Below, piece after piece: positions 20,790 through 30,598 of a stretch of 64,000 bases of DNA (positions are counted from its first letter, which is position 1; each line of letters starts with the position of its first letter). The translations under genes and the position numbers were made by a program. Source of the stretch: Nitrosopumilus sp. Lineage in GTDB: Archaea > Thermoproteota > Nitrososphaeria > Nitrososphaerales > Nitrosopumilaceae. Where the stretch lies: NCBI GenBank assembly GCA_965197525.1, contig OZ240211.1, positions 1,920,001-1,984,000 of the forward strand, read 5' to 3'. The notes beneath the pieces are model-generated. The model ran no database searches. It was not told the origin of the DNA and saw only the letters and a program-made list of their open reading frames with translations.

Positions 20790-20949
20790 TATTGCAACAA
20801 AATCACCTTTTGTTCCGCTAAGTGCCGATGCGATTTTAGCCAAAAATCCGTATTTTCTGCTTCGTAGCTTTACTACCTCTGTTGTCTTGTCTTTGCCTAA
20901 AATTTTTGCCGTACCTGACATCCACGGTCCTGAGATTTTTCCCTTCATA
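20772..20949 (-). pseudogene. 3' fragment of the PPOX-class F420-dependent oxidoreductase gene
   Basis: Matches the 3' part of the intact gene at 22812-23204; 5' part absent. Confidence 0.8.
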
Positions 20950-21207
20950 AGGTAGATGGAATTGTACTTAAAATTTGGCTGATTGTGTTCTCAAATTTGA
21001 TGATGTAGAAATTATGACGGTACACACACGATATTGTAAACTCGATGCCGCTGCCTGAAACTGTCATGGCATAGGTAGAAACTCAAAGTAGTTAGTCTCA
21101 CAACAGCTTACTATTCCAAAGTAGTGCTTTACAGCAAACAATCCATAAATCTCCTCCATTAGGATGATAGAAGAAAGGAATAAATCATAACGTCTGGTAT
21201 AAGAGGT

Positions 21208-22158
21208 ATGACCATACCGGAATCTGAGAAATGTGTAATCCAAGAAATGATCAGAGTCGTCTTTGCTAGAATGCATACCCGTAAGAATCGTCGTAATGTT
21301 AGCAAAAAGGATGTATTGAAGATCTTGTTCAAAGCAAAACAATCCCTACCTGATAATAATCCAATCAAAGACTCACTGCCATACTACTGGTACAGGGATG
21401 GACCATACTCTACTTTGATATATGAAACTATTGATCATCTCATGAAAGATGGCATGATCTCCAAGTCAAATAGCGGATACGAGACGTACCACTTTGATCG
21501 CGACAGGATAAATATTCCGTTGTCACATCCAGATGAGCACATGAACGAAGCAAGGGACGCTATAAGCGACGTTGTCGATAGATTTACCCACATAGGCGCG
21601 TTAGTAAATGACGTTTACCAAGAGGCTCCATATGGATGGTACAACACATACAACCTTAAATTCAAAATACGCTTTAACGATTTTTGTGATAAAGCAGTCG
21701 AATATAATACTTCTACAGGACACACACGTGAGGATATACTACAGGCTCTAGATGATACTGTAATAGACTTTCCACAGTTCCCCGGCTTTCCAGAATTACG
21801 GCGCACGTTCATGAGATTCGCAAGACTCCTTAACTCGTTTTTGAGAACGGACGACTGTATGAAACACAAGGATGTATTTCCAACCTTCAAACTCCTATCT
21901 AATTCGATTTGGAACACGTTTGCATATGGTGTCCGCATTGAATATCACGACGACTACTATGACAAAGAGATAGATGGCTGGACTGAGAAATACAATAAAG
22001 CGATCACTACACTTGATGCAGAGATACTTGGCTACCAGGACAAGATTGAACAAGTATCATCATATGAGGTAAAGATTGCCTCTCATATAACAGATATGAA
22101 AAAGCATCCTGAAAAATATGAATTTACTAAATTAAACCTAGATCACGTCCTTAATTGA
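21208..22158 (+). CDS. Probable SocA/Panacea (DUF4065)-like antitoxin with C-terminal extension
   Basis: ILFKAKQ...YYWYRDGPYS (W-x2-G-P motif); lies directly upstream of a RelE-like gene. Confidence 0.5.
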   Translation: MTIPESEKCVIQEMIRVVFARMHTRKNRRNVSKKDVLKILFKAKQSLPDNNPIKDSLPYYWYRDGPYSTLIYETIDHLMKDGMISKSNSGYETYHFDRDRINIPLSHPDEHMNEARDAISDVVDRFTHIGALVNDVYQEAPYGWYNTYNLKFKIRFNDFCDKAVEYNTSTGHTREDILQALDDTVIDFPQFPGFPELRRTFMRFARLLNSFLRTDDCMKHKDVFPTFKLLSNSIWNTFAYGVRIEYHDDYYDKEIDGWTEKYNKAITTLDAEILGYQDKIEQVSSYEVKIASHITDMKKHPEKYEFTKLNLDHVLN

Positions 22159-22170
22159 TTTGACATATTC

Positions 22171-22455
22171 ATGGACTCGCAGCCGCTATGGACAATTGAT
22201 GAGTCTAGAGAAATAAAAAAAAGCCGGAAGAAATACAAAAGCGACAAGCCAGTGTGTAATGCATTTCAAAATTACATCAAAGCACTGAGCAATGAAGTAG
22301 ATCCTACTACTATAGCATATGAAAAGAACAAAGATGACATCTATATACTCAGACTTACAAAATCAGTTCGTCTGTCATACTGGATAGATGATAAAACAAA
22401 GACAATCTACCTATGTAAACTCGGAGATCATAAGGAAGTCTACGGATACGATTAG
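22171..22455 (+). CDS. RelE/ParE-superfamily toxin
   Basis: 94 aa; C-terminus ILRLTKSVRLSYWIDDKTKTIYLCKLGDHKEVY fits the RelE fold. Confidence 0.7.
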   Translation: MDSQPLWTIDESREIKKSRKKYKSDKPVCNAFQNYIKALSNEVDPTTIAYEKNKDDIYILRLTKSVRLSYWIDDKTKTIYLCKLGDHKEVYGYD

Positions 22456-22811
22456 CACGCGCAAACAATCAGCAGTATGTAATCTAATTAACATACAAGC
22501 AACCTCCTCCTTTGTTCCATTTTCTCCTGCATTTACAACTTTATTTTCTTTAAGAAGATCTTTTAAAACTGGTAATATAAGAAACACCATCATGCTGTAT
22601 CCCTTATCACTTGCCCTAGATGCAGACATAAAAAGTAGTGGAATTCGCATAGTCACCGTAATCTGCATCGTGGTAGCTGGCATGTTTTTTGACATGCTGT
22701 AGTATTTCCATTGTATAACAGGCTTTGGCATATGTGGGATTGGTAATAGTTTTTGGATTTGCAGCACTAACTGCTTACAAGTTAAAACGTACATTACTAT
22801 ACAAAAATCTG

Positions 22812-23204
22812 TCAATTAACCTTGACTGATATTGCAACAAAATCGCCCTTTGTTCCGCTAAACACCGATGCGATTTTAGCCAAAAATCCGTATTTTCTGC
22901 CTCGTAGCTTTACTAGCTCTGCAGTCTTATCTTTGTCCAAAATTTTTGCCGTACCTGACATCCACGGTCCTGAGACTTTTCCCTTCATAGAGCAGACTGC
23001 AAGCTTTACTCTCTGGTTGTTCCTCAAACGTTTTATCTTTCCTGTATGCTCTCTTGTCACTATGATAATTGAGTTATCTTTTGTGATAAACCATACAGGC
23101 GTTCTGACTGCCTGATTATTTTTCTTGTATGTCTCAAGTGATACATATTTTTCCTCTCTGATCTCCTCTGGATTAAACATGCTGTACATAGTCTTCTCTA
23201 ACAT
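22812..23204 (-). CDS. PPOX-class F420-dependent oxidoreductase
   Basis: YVSLETYKKNNQAVRTPVWF, TGKIKRLRNNQRV. Confidence 0.85.
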   Translation of the reverse strand: MLEKTMYSMFNPEEIREEKYVSLETYKKNNQAVRTPVWFITKDNSIIIVTREHTGKIKRLRNNQRVKLAVCSMKGKVSGPWMSGTAKILDKDKTAELVKLRGRKYGFLAKIASVFSGTKGDFVAISVKVN

Positions 23205-23217
23205 TAATAGCTAGTCG

Positions 23218-23445
23218 TTAATTGCAAGTCTTGTTATTATTTAGATTAGCGGTACTGCTGCTGTGATCCCATTCTCTAATCTCATAACCTGATCTCTTTT
23301 TTCTCATTATCTTCTTTACTTGCCTATAGGCTAACACTGGAAGAATACAAAATCCGCATCCTATCTGTGAAATTGAACAACAACAAAGACACTGACACAT
23401 TCCTTTCTCGTGATTACATTCTGGACAACTCTTGCTTTGCATCAC
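23218..23445 (-). CDS. Small Cys-rich protein
   Basis: Nine Cys in 28 residues (CPEC...CQCLCCC...CGFC), then a basic tail. Confidence 0.45.
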   Translation of the reverse strand: MMQSKSCPECNHEKGMCQCLCCCSISQIGCGFCILPVLAYRQVKKIMRKKRSGYEIREWDHSSSTANLNNNKTCN

Positions 23446-23486
23446 TAGTTATAGCTCTAATACCTATTTAAGAAAACCACCTACTG

Positions 23487-23939
23487 CTAGGAGAATTCCA
23501 CAATGGCGTCTATCTCAGTCATTGAATCTAGTGGTAAACCTGCAGCTCCTAACGCAACTCTTGAATGCTTGCCTTTTTCCCCAAATATCTCAAAGAATAG
23601 ATCAGAGGCTGCATTGATAACCTTGGGATGCTGTGTAAACTCTGGTACAGAGTTTACATATCCTGACAGTTTTATTATTCTGACTATTCTCTCCAAATCC
23701 CCCAACTCTCTTTTTATCTGAGATAAGATGTTAATTCCGCACAATTTTGCTGCTTTTTGAGCAGTATCCAAGTTATCATCTGAAACTTTTCCTGTAAAGA
23801 CAACTTTGCCTTCTTGTACTGGTATCTGTCCTGAGATAAAGAGTAGATTTCCAGTAGTTACTGTAGGGATATACGACCCTGCAGGCGCAGGAGGATCTTC
23901 TAGTCTGACTCCTAATTCTTTTAATCTCTCTTCAATCAA
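23487..23939 (-). CDS. RidA/YjgF family protein
   Basis: PAPAGSYIP, LLFISGQIP, FGEKGKHSRVALG, EIDAIVE. Confidence 0.9.
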   Translation of the reverse strand: MIEERLKELGVRLEDPPAPAGSYIPTVTTGNLLFISGQIPVQEGKVVFTGKVSDDNLDTAQKAAKLCGINILSQIKRELGDLERIVRIIKLSGYVNSVPEFTQHPKVINAASDLFFEIFGEKGKHSRVALGAAGLPLDSMTEIDAIVEFS

Positions 23940-24206
23940 CAGTAATCTTGTTTTTTTGGATGATTTTAGGTTTTGGAAATTTAATGCTTGTATTGATGTA
24001 TCGACAGACAGTATCTCTCAGATAATCTTCTACCCCTCAATCTTTTCTGAGTCACTCCTGCAGTCTGTAATTAACCGTGATGACATATTCTCAGCTGACA
24101 CAAATCAACAAATTACTTCGTCTCTACCGATTGATCCTGCCTCTTTATTTGAGATTCTAAATCTCCAATGTATTGATTTTTTAATAGTTAAAAATCTACA
24201 AATCGT

Positions 24207-25979
24207 ATGTCCAAGTACTCTCTTGGGGGATGGAATCTATCAGAGCTGGCCCAAGACCCAAAAAGCCCTGAATTCCAAAAACAGATTCAAGATTTAGAGA
24301 GACAGGCAAAAAAATTCGAAAAGACTAAAACCAAATTAGACTCAAAAATACCATCTCGACAATTTATGGGTATCTTGCGACAGATTGAGTCGATCTCTGA
24401 AAATATGAACAAGATTGGAGGTTACGCATCGTTGTTGTACGCTTCTGATACCCAGTCCGATGAGGCAACATCTCTGATGACTCGAATGTCAAAACTAGGT
24501 TCTGAAATTTCAAATAAAATTTTGTTCTTTGATTTGTGGTGGAAGACACAGATTGATGACAATAATGCAAAAAGACTCATGGCAAATACTGGTGAGATCA
24601 CTCAGTATCTATTACACAAGAGACTGTTTGCAAAATATGCGCTCAGTGAACCCGAAGAACGAATAATCAACACATTGGATGTTACCGGCGTCTCTGCACT
24701 TGTAAAACTGTATGATAAAATAACTAACGCATTTGAATACAAGATGAAGATTGGGAAAAAATCCAAAACTATGACAAGAGAAGAACTCACTAACTATGTT
24801 CGCAGTACCAGTCCCAAAATCCGTGAGACTGCATACAAGACCATCCTTGACAAATACTCTGAAAACAAAGGAGTGGTAGGCGAGATATATCAAAATATTG
24901 TTCTTAACTGGAGGGATGAGGGAATAGAGATTCGTGGGCACAAATCTCCAATATCGATGAGAAACATTGCAAATGATATTGATGATAAAACCATTGATTC
25001 ATTACTTTTAATGTGTAAAAAAAATTCTAACGTGTTTCAAAAGTTCTTTGTCCAAAAAGCAACGATGCTGAAGATGAAAAAGTTACGCAGATACGACTTG
25101 TATGCGCCAGCTGCTGCTAATATTAAAGAAAAAAGTTATTCTTATGATAAATCTGTAAAACTAGTCTTTGACTCTTTTGCAGCATTCAGTGACACATTAG
25201 AAGAGTATGCACGAAAGATATTCCAAGAGAATCATATTGACTCTGCCATACGACCAGGCAAGCGAGATGGCGCATTTTGTAGCACACTCACGCCTAAAAT
25301 AACTCCTTTTGTACTGGTAAATTTTACAGGCAAATCCCGAGATCTGTTTACACTAGCTCACGAATTGGGCCACGCAGTTCACAGTCAGGCAGCTCAAGAT
25401 AGATCAATTCTTGTTCAGGATGCTCCGCTGCCTCTAGCTGAGACTGCATCAACATTTTCAGAATTATTGCTGTATGATCATCTGTCTGATAAAATTTCAG
25501 ATAACGAGAAAAAGATAATGCTATCTGAAAAGATTGACGATTTGTATGCAACAATACTGCGACAGTCATTTTTTACAATCTTTGAAGTTGATGCCCACAA
25601 GCAGATCAGTGCTGGAACTACGGTTGACGAACTATCCCAGACATATTTACAAAATCTCAGTGCCCAGTTTGGGAACTCTGTAGATATTTCTGAGGATTTT
25701 GGAGCAGAGTGGAGCTGTATTCCACATTTTTACCATACGCCGTTTTACTGTTATGCCTATTCGTTTGGAAATCTGCTTGCGCTATCTCTATTTCAAAGAT
25801 ATAAAAAAGAAGGTAAAGATTTTGTTCCTGCATATATTGACATTCTTGCCGCAGGTGGTTCTAAAAAGCCTGAGAAACTATTGTCAGAATACGGCTTTGA
25901 TATCAGATCGCCTAAATTCTGGCAAGAAGGATTTGATTATGTGCAAGATCGAGTCAAGGCACTCTCGACTTTGACCTAA
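24207..25979 (+). CDS. pepF: M3 family oligoendopeptidase F
   Basis: GKRDGAFC, TLAHELGH (HExxH), AETASTFSE, HFYHTPFYCYAY. Confidence 0.9.
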   Translation: MSKYSLGGWNLSELAQDPKSPEFQKQIQDLERQAKKFEKTKTKLDSKIPSRQFMGILRQIESISENMNKIGGYASLLYASDTQSDEATSLMTRMSKLGSEISNKILFFDLWWKTQIDDNNAKRLMANTGEITQYLLHKRLFAKYALSEPEERIINTLDVTGVSALVKLYDKITNAFEYKMKIGKKSKTMTREELTNYVRSTSPKIRETAYKTILDKYSENKGVVGEIYQNIVLNWRDEGIEIRGHKSPISMRNIANDIDDKTIDSLLLMCKKNSNVFQKFFVQKATMLKMKKLRRYDLYAPAAANIKEKSYSYDKSVKLVFDSFAAFSDTLEEYARKIFQENHIDSAIRPGKRDGAFCSTLTPKITPFVLVNFTGKSRDLFTLAHELGHAVHSQAAQDRSILVQDAPLPLAETASTFSELLLYDHLSDKISDNEKKIMLSEKIDDLYATILRQSFFTIFEVDAHKQISAGTTVDELSQTYLQNLSAQFGNSVDISEDFGAEWSCIPHFYHTPFYCYAYSFGNLLALSLFQRYKKEGKDFVPAYIDILAAGGSKKPEKLLSEYGFDIRSPKFWQEGFDYVQDRVKALSTLT

Positions 25980-26076
25980 ACTTTAATCGATATTCAGATT
26001 CAATGCGTATTATGATCAGTCGTATACTTCTACTTTTTCTCTCAACTCATATTGAATCTTCAGACTGACAATAATT

Positions 26077-26352
26077 CTATAACCTATTTTGTACATCTGA
26101 AGTATTATAGAACATTATGAAAGTAATATTCTGATCATTAAATCTAAATACTATCTGCTACCCATATGTTGGAAATGATAGCTTTTTGTTGATGATTTTC
26201 TCACATATGGCAATGTTCTTTATGCTATCTGGATCCTGTTGATCTGCAATCCATTCACACAATTTCTTTATTCTGTGAGCTGCTAGAGGATTTCGTAAGT
26301 TGATAATCTTACGACTGAACTGCTTTGAATATTCATAAGGCCATCGAGTCAT
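26077..26352 (-). pseudogene. RelE-like toxin interrupted by an in-frame TAG (26158-26160)
   Basis: MTRWPYEYSKQFSRKII...FPTYG*QIVFRFNDQNITFIMFY...; the frame continues for 26 codons after the stop. Confidence 0.5.
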
Positions 26353-26366
26353 TTTCCAAAATACTG

Positions 26367-26501
26367 TTATTCGTCGACGTCTAAACTCTTGACGTTTTTC
26401 ATGCCCAATTCACGAAAAATCTCATAGTCAGCTACATACTCTGCGTCTCTTTCTGTCCACTCACATGATTCTGTTGTGAAATCCATTTCTTCATCAGTCA
26501 T
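26367..26501 (-). CDS. 44-aa acidic peptide, possible antitoxin
   Basis: MTDEEMDFTTESCEWTERDAEYVADYEIFRELGMKNVKSLDVDE; ends 14 nt upstream of the RelE-like gene. Confidence 0.4.
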   Translation of the reverse strand: MTDEEMDFTTESCEWTERDAEYVADYEIFRELGMKNVKSLDVDE

Positions 26502-26910
26502 GACTTATTTACAAAATCCCTGTTAATTAAACCTCCGATCACGGGTGGAATGCTCTTTTTACCGATTTCCTAGACTTCTATACGTTGGAATATCACATCA
26601 TCTAGAAATAATGCTCCGCTCAGAAGATGGCCGGACCTAATCTATACGTTCTATGCCATTTGATATCCTTGCCAGTTTTCACTAAAAACCTAGTCTCCAA
26701 ACACGTTTTGTCTTGATGCCATAATAGATATTGGAATATTTTCTGGTCTATTGAATGCATTAGTTTCATTATGGGCATTCAGCTCCAGCTGATTTTCTGC
26801 TACATCTTTTTACATCTGCCGTATCTGTTCCAGTCGATTATACTATACATTCTATTAACTTGCGTTCATTGTATTATATTCTCATTTTAATCTTCAAAAT
26901 ATCTATACCA

Positions 26911-28107
26911 TTACTGATTCTTATTTATCTTGATATACACCTTTTCTCCAGTATTTAGATTGTTCTGGTATACGGTTCTTGTCTGGTATCCTTGGTTTTG
27001 AAGACATCTATCTAAAACAGACACCCATGGCAGTGAATGTCCGTTGTTTAGCTTTGATTCAACTATGACGTTCATCATATTTGCCTCAAAGTTGACGTGT
27101 CCTGAACATGTAATCTGTAACACTGCATCCATCATCTCAATTATGTCATCCAATGTCTTTGATTTTAGTATGACTCCGTTGTTCTCCAATAGTTGAAACA
27201 TATCCGCTTTGGATTTTTTTGCTGTCATAGAAGAGTTGAGAAGATACATCAAACCATACTGCTTTACAACCTTGATTACCTTGTAAATCTCCTGGGCTTC
27301 TGACTGCGTCATATCTGCTAGGGCCTTGGTTTTAGTCGCATTCTTCCAAATATTTGAAAAAGCCTTCTCTTGGTTTATTCCTAGGATATCAGTTGATGAA
27401 AAAACTGCCACCTTGCCGTTATCATCATTAATTAGTAGCAACTCTGCCTCATCGAAGATAAAGCAATTTTGAGCAATCTCTGACGCTCTAATCTCTACAC
27501 CGTCTGGAATCATTCTGTATGCGTTAGAGCATATCTGTGTTGGTGAAATAACTACCTTGACATCTATCTTGCGGCGTACCACTGTTAGCAACTGTTCTTT
27601 GCATTCAGCTAACAACCCCAAACCTCGTTGGCCTGTCATTATCTTTATTGATGATTTTGAACCCTCGATCATTGTCTGAAGCTGTGACAATACTTTGTTT
27701 GCACTCAGATGAAAGTATCTTTTCTCTTCTGAACCTCTTGACTTTCTGCTCTCCTCACTTGCCTTCTTTAGGTTGGAGATTAGCGTATTCATTGCATTTA
27801 CCTTGTTGATCTGCTCATGGATTACTTCATCAAATGCGTCTTCTGGCGCGATTGCAGTGCACATTATAGGTTTGCTCTTGGAGATGATGACTAGTCTCTT
27901 ATTTTCTAATTTGAGTAATGTTGGGTATACTTTTGTCCTTGGAATCTCTGAATAAAATGCTAAATCGCTTGCAGTTATTGTGCCTTTTGCAATTAGTGAC
28001 ACATATGCTTGTGCTTCATACTGGCTTAGTCCAAACTCTTCTAAACTGACTGTCAGAGCATGTCCATTGACCATATTCTTCTTTGATCTACTATTAGGTA
28101 ACATCAA
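26911..28107 (-). CDS. TrmB-family transcriptional regulator
   Basis: LEEFGLSQYEAQAYVSL...SEIPRTKVYPTLLKLENK. Confidence 0.88.
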   Translation of the reverse strand: MMLPNSRSKKNMVNGHALTVSLEEFGLSQYEAQAYVSLIAKGTITASDLAFYSEIPRTKVYPTLLKLENKRLVIISKSKPIMCTAIAPEDAFDEVIHEQINKVNAMNTLISNLKKASEESRKSRGSEEKRYFHLSANKVLSQLQTMIEGSKSSIKIMTGQRGLGLLAECKEQLLTVVRRKIDVKVVISPTQICSNAYRMIPDGVEIRASEIAQNCFIFDEAELLLINDDNGKVAVFSSTDILGINQEKAFSNIWKNATKTKALADMTQSEAQEIYKVIKVVKQYGLMYLLNSSMTAKKSKADMFQLLENNGVILKSKTLDDIIEMMDAVLQITCSGHVNFEANMMNVIVESKLNNGHSLPWVSVLDRCLQNQGYQTRTVYQNNLNTGEKVYIKINKNQ

Positions 28108-28187
28108 AAGCTAAATTCCTTTACATAAATGCTCAAAAAAAATACAAACTGTAACTCTCAAACATGTAACTATGGTTACTGAATTAA

Positions 28188-28817
28188 TTGTTACAACGTC
28201 CTCAAATACAAAATTGTCTACTAGTAATTATGCTAATAAAATATAGTACTGTATCTCCTCCTTCTCCTTTGGCTGTCCCCGACATATCATCGTCTGTGAC
28301 TCTAGCTCCTCGATTGGAATATGCTATAAATACACTAGATACAGTTATTGAAACTATAACTGATAGGGCACAACAGCAAAAAATATCAAATATGTCCGCC
28401 ACCGTTGCCATGACTGCTAATTTTGATGAACTGGACAAATCTCAAATTGATGCCCTGAAACTAGAGTATCGATTGCTTTTCTCTTTACAAGTCCTCTTAC
28501 ATGTAAAGGAGAGCACTCAAAAAATATCTCATATAAGCGTCATTCCTGAAATTCTGCTATTGACTATTCCTATGATTAGGACTACAAGCGCACGGCTCTT
28601 TGATGTTCTGCCTCATTGCAGTAGCAGGCTATCTGAAATATCCATGCATCTAGGTAGCGTTGTGCTTGATTCTGCCTTTCTTACGACTGCAAAATTTGAT
28701 TTCAGTCAGTCGAATTCAGAGATGTCTGCTTTACATGATAAAGTAAAATTGATAGTTAACTCTAAACTAAATAAGCAGTATCCTAATCTTGATTCTTTTA
28801 AACTAGATAATGTATGA
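28188..28817 (+). CDS. Divergent ESCRT-III (CdvB/Snf7-like) paralogue
   Basis: Helical pattern resembling the CdvB C-terminal half; two genes upstream of cdvC. Confidence 0.55.
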   Translation: MLQRPQIQNCLLVIMLIKYSTVSPPSPLAVPDISSSVTLAPRLEYAINTLDTVIETITDRAQQQKISNMSATVAMTANFDELDKSQIDALKLEYRLLFSLQVLLHVKESTQKISHISVIPEILLLTIPMIRTTSARLFDVLPHCSSRLSEISMHLGSVVLDSAFLTTAKFDFSQSNSEMSALHDKVKLIVNSKLNKQYPNLDSFKLDNV

Positions 28818-29326
28818 CGATACTCAGCTCTTCTTCTAAACGTGATCATTTAAAGGACGTGTCTCGTATTCAGGCACTTACCTCCAAGATTGACAAAAGA
28901 CTATCTGAGATCAATTCTTCTTCTTCTTCTCCTATTAATAACGCCAAAGTTGAGAGCCTTACTTTTGAGGAACTACAAGATTTGGATAAGATTGTAAGTG
29001 TTGCAAATTTCATGTTGTGCAAGTACTCTGACAAAAAAGACATGCGTTTGATTCTAAAACACTTTAACTCGATAATATCAGAAGCAGCCGACTCTCTAAG
29101 CGAGTTAGATGATGAGATCTCAGAACTAATCATATCCGCTGAAGATTCTATAAATAGAGTAAAAGACATACACGGCCGCATCTCTGACAAGTCTGATTTT
29201 AAAAAGCAATACAGTGATGGACCAGACTATGATGCGCATGAAACTTGTGTAACTAATTTAACCAATCCTGTGATAGAAGTTAACACATCAGAATACCAAG
29301 AAAATCATTCAGATGATAACAAGTAG
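28814..29326 (+). CDS. Coiled-coil hypothetical protein in the Cdv cluster
   Basis: Heptad-rich; ATGA overlap with the previous gene. Confidence 0.65.
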   Translation: MTILSSSSKRDHLKDVSRIQALTSKIDKRLSEINSSSSSPINNAKVESLTFEELQDLDKIVSVANFMLCKYSDKKDMRLILKHFNSIISEAADSLSELDDEISELIISAEDSINRVKDIHGRISDKSDFKKQYSDGPDYDAHETCVTNLTNPVIEVNTSEYQENHSDDNK

Positions 29327-29335
29327 GTAATTAAG

Positions 29336-30529
29336 ATGAGTTTAGCCCCGCAAGAATTAGAAAATACCGCAAGCAAATACGCATCTGAGGCCATCAAATT
29401 TGACTCTCAAGGAGCCAGAGGCATGGCAATTACGCACTATCAACATGCCATTGATTCACTAGTAAAACTATTACAGCTATACCCTAGTAGCAAGTTAAAT
29501 CAAATTTACAAGGACAGATGTAACTCTTATCACAACCGAATCACTGCATTACAACAAGCTCACGGAGTGGAACCTGCAGTTGATCCAAAGGCATCAGATG
29601 ATGAACAACAAGCATCAGTGAAGAGACAAGCAGATGAGAATGACTTTGATGACTTGGTAATGAAAGAGAAACCCGATGTTACATGGGATCAAGTCATCGG
29701 CTTGGATGATGCTAAAAGCGCTTTGCGCGAATCAATCGTATACCCTACTAAAAGACCCGATCTATTTCCACTTGGGTGGCCAAAAGGCATGTTGCTTTAC
29801 GGTCCACCCGGCACAGGTAAAACCATGCTTGCAGCAGCTACTGCAAATGAGATGGACGGTTATTTTATCAACGTCGATGCATCATCGATGATGAGCAAAT
29901 GGTTAGGTGAGGCTGAAAAAAATGTCTCTAAACTATTCACTTTGGCAAGACAGTACGCCGAGAAGGAGAGCAAACCTGTAATCTTGTTCGTTGACGAGGT
30001 TGATTCACTGTTAGGAACTAGAAATAGCGAAGTAGGAGGAGAGGTTAGAACCAAAAATCAATTCTTAACTGAGATGGACGGTGTCAACGGTAAAGGAAAA
30101 CAACTGATGCTGTACGTGGTCGGTGCAACAAACAAACCTTGGAGTCTTGACTGGCCTTTTCTTAGACGATTTCAAAAGAGAATCTTTGTATCTCTCCCAA
30201 CACTAAAGGCAAGACAGAATCTGTTTGAACAGTATACCACTCCTCTGCAGATGAACTGCAATGTTAGTAATACTGAACTTGCCAAATTATTTGACGGGTA
30301 CAGTGCAAGTGACATAAAAGATGTATGTCAAGCAGCACAAATAAAGACAGTTCACGAAATCTTCAACTCACCTGACTATCATGAGCCTGTAGAAGGTGAG
30401 GAACCAATACAGCCAAGAGAGCTGATGTTGTCTGATTTTAAGGATATCATGTCCAGAAGAAAGCCTAGCGTCTCACTTGAGATGGAGCGTGCCTATCACA
30501 AATGGAGCGAAGAGTTCCAAGCACTATGA
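29336..30529 (+). CDS. cdvC: Vps4-like AAA ATPase with MIT domain
   Basis: MIT helices, GPPGTGKT, FVDEVD, GATNKPW, RRFQKRI. Confidence 0.92.
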   Translation: MSLAPQELENTASKYASEAIKFDSQGARGMAITHYQHAIDSLVKLLQLYPSSKLNQIYKDRCNSYHNRITALQQAHGVEPAVDPKASDDEQQASVKRQADENDFDDLVMKEKPDVTWDQVIGLDDAKSALRESIVYPTKRPDLFPLGWPKGMLLYGPPGTGKTMLAAATANEMDGYFINVDASSMMSKWLGEAEKNVSKLFTLARQYAEKESKPVILFVDEVDSLLGTRNSEVGGEVRTKNQFLTEMDGVNGKGKQLMLYVVGATNKPWSLDWPFLRRFQKRIFVSLPTLKARQNLFEQYTTPLQMNCNVSNTELAKLFDGYSASDIKDVCQAAQIKTVHEIFNSPDYHEPVEGEEPIQPRELMLSDFKDIMSRRKPSVSLEMERAYHKWSEEFQAL

Positions 30530-30598
30530 TCTGGCCTGAACGATTTTTTAACTCACAAAACTTAAATTCTCAATAACTCGAACACAACGAGGGTCACA

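Larger units (their letters stand above)
20679..22989. repeat. 271-bp diverged direct repeats (20679-20949 and 22719-22989, about 93% identical) bracketing a TA cassette
   Basis: Manual alignment: about 18 substitutions, no indels, offset 2040 bp. Confidence 0.92.

Noticed and set aside
20990-21060. TGATGA...CTGA spacing suggestive of a C/D-box sRNA
   Set aside because: No convincing C'/D' boxes or terminal stem; such motifs arise by chance in AT-rich DNA.
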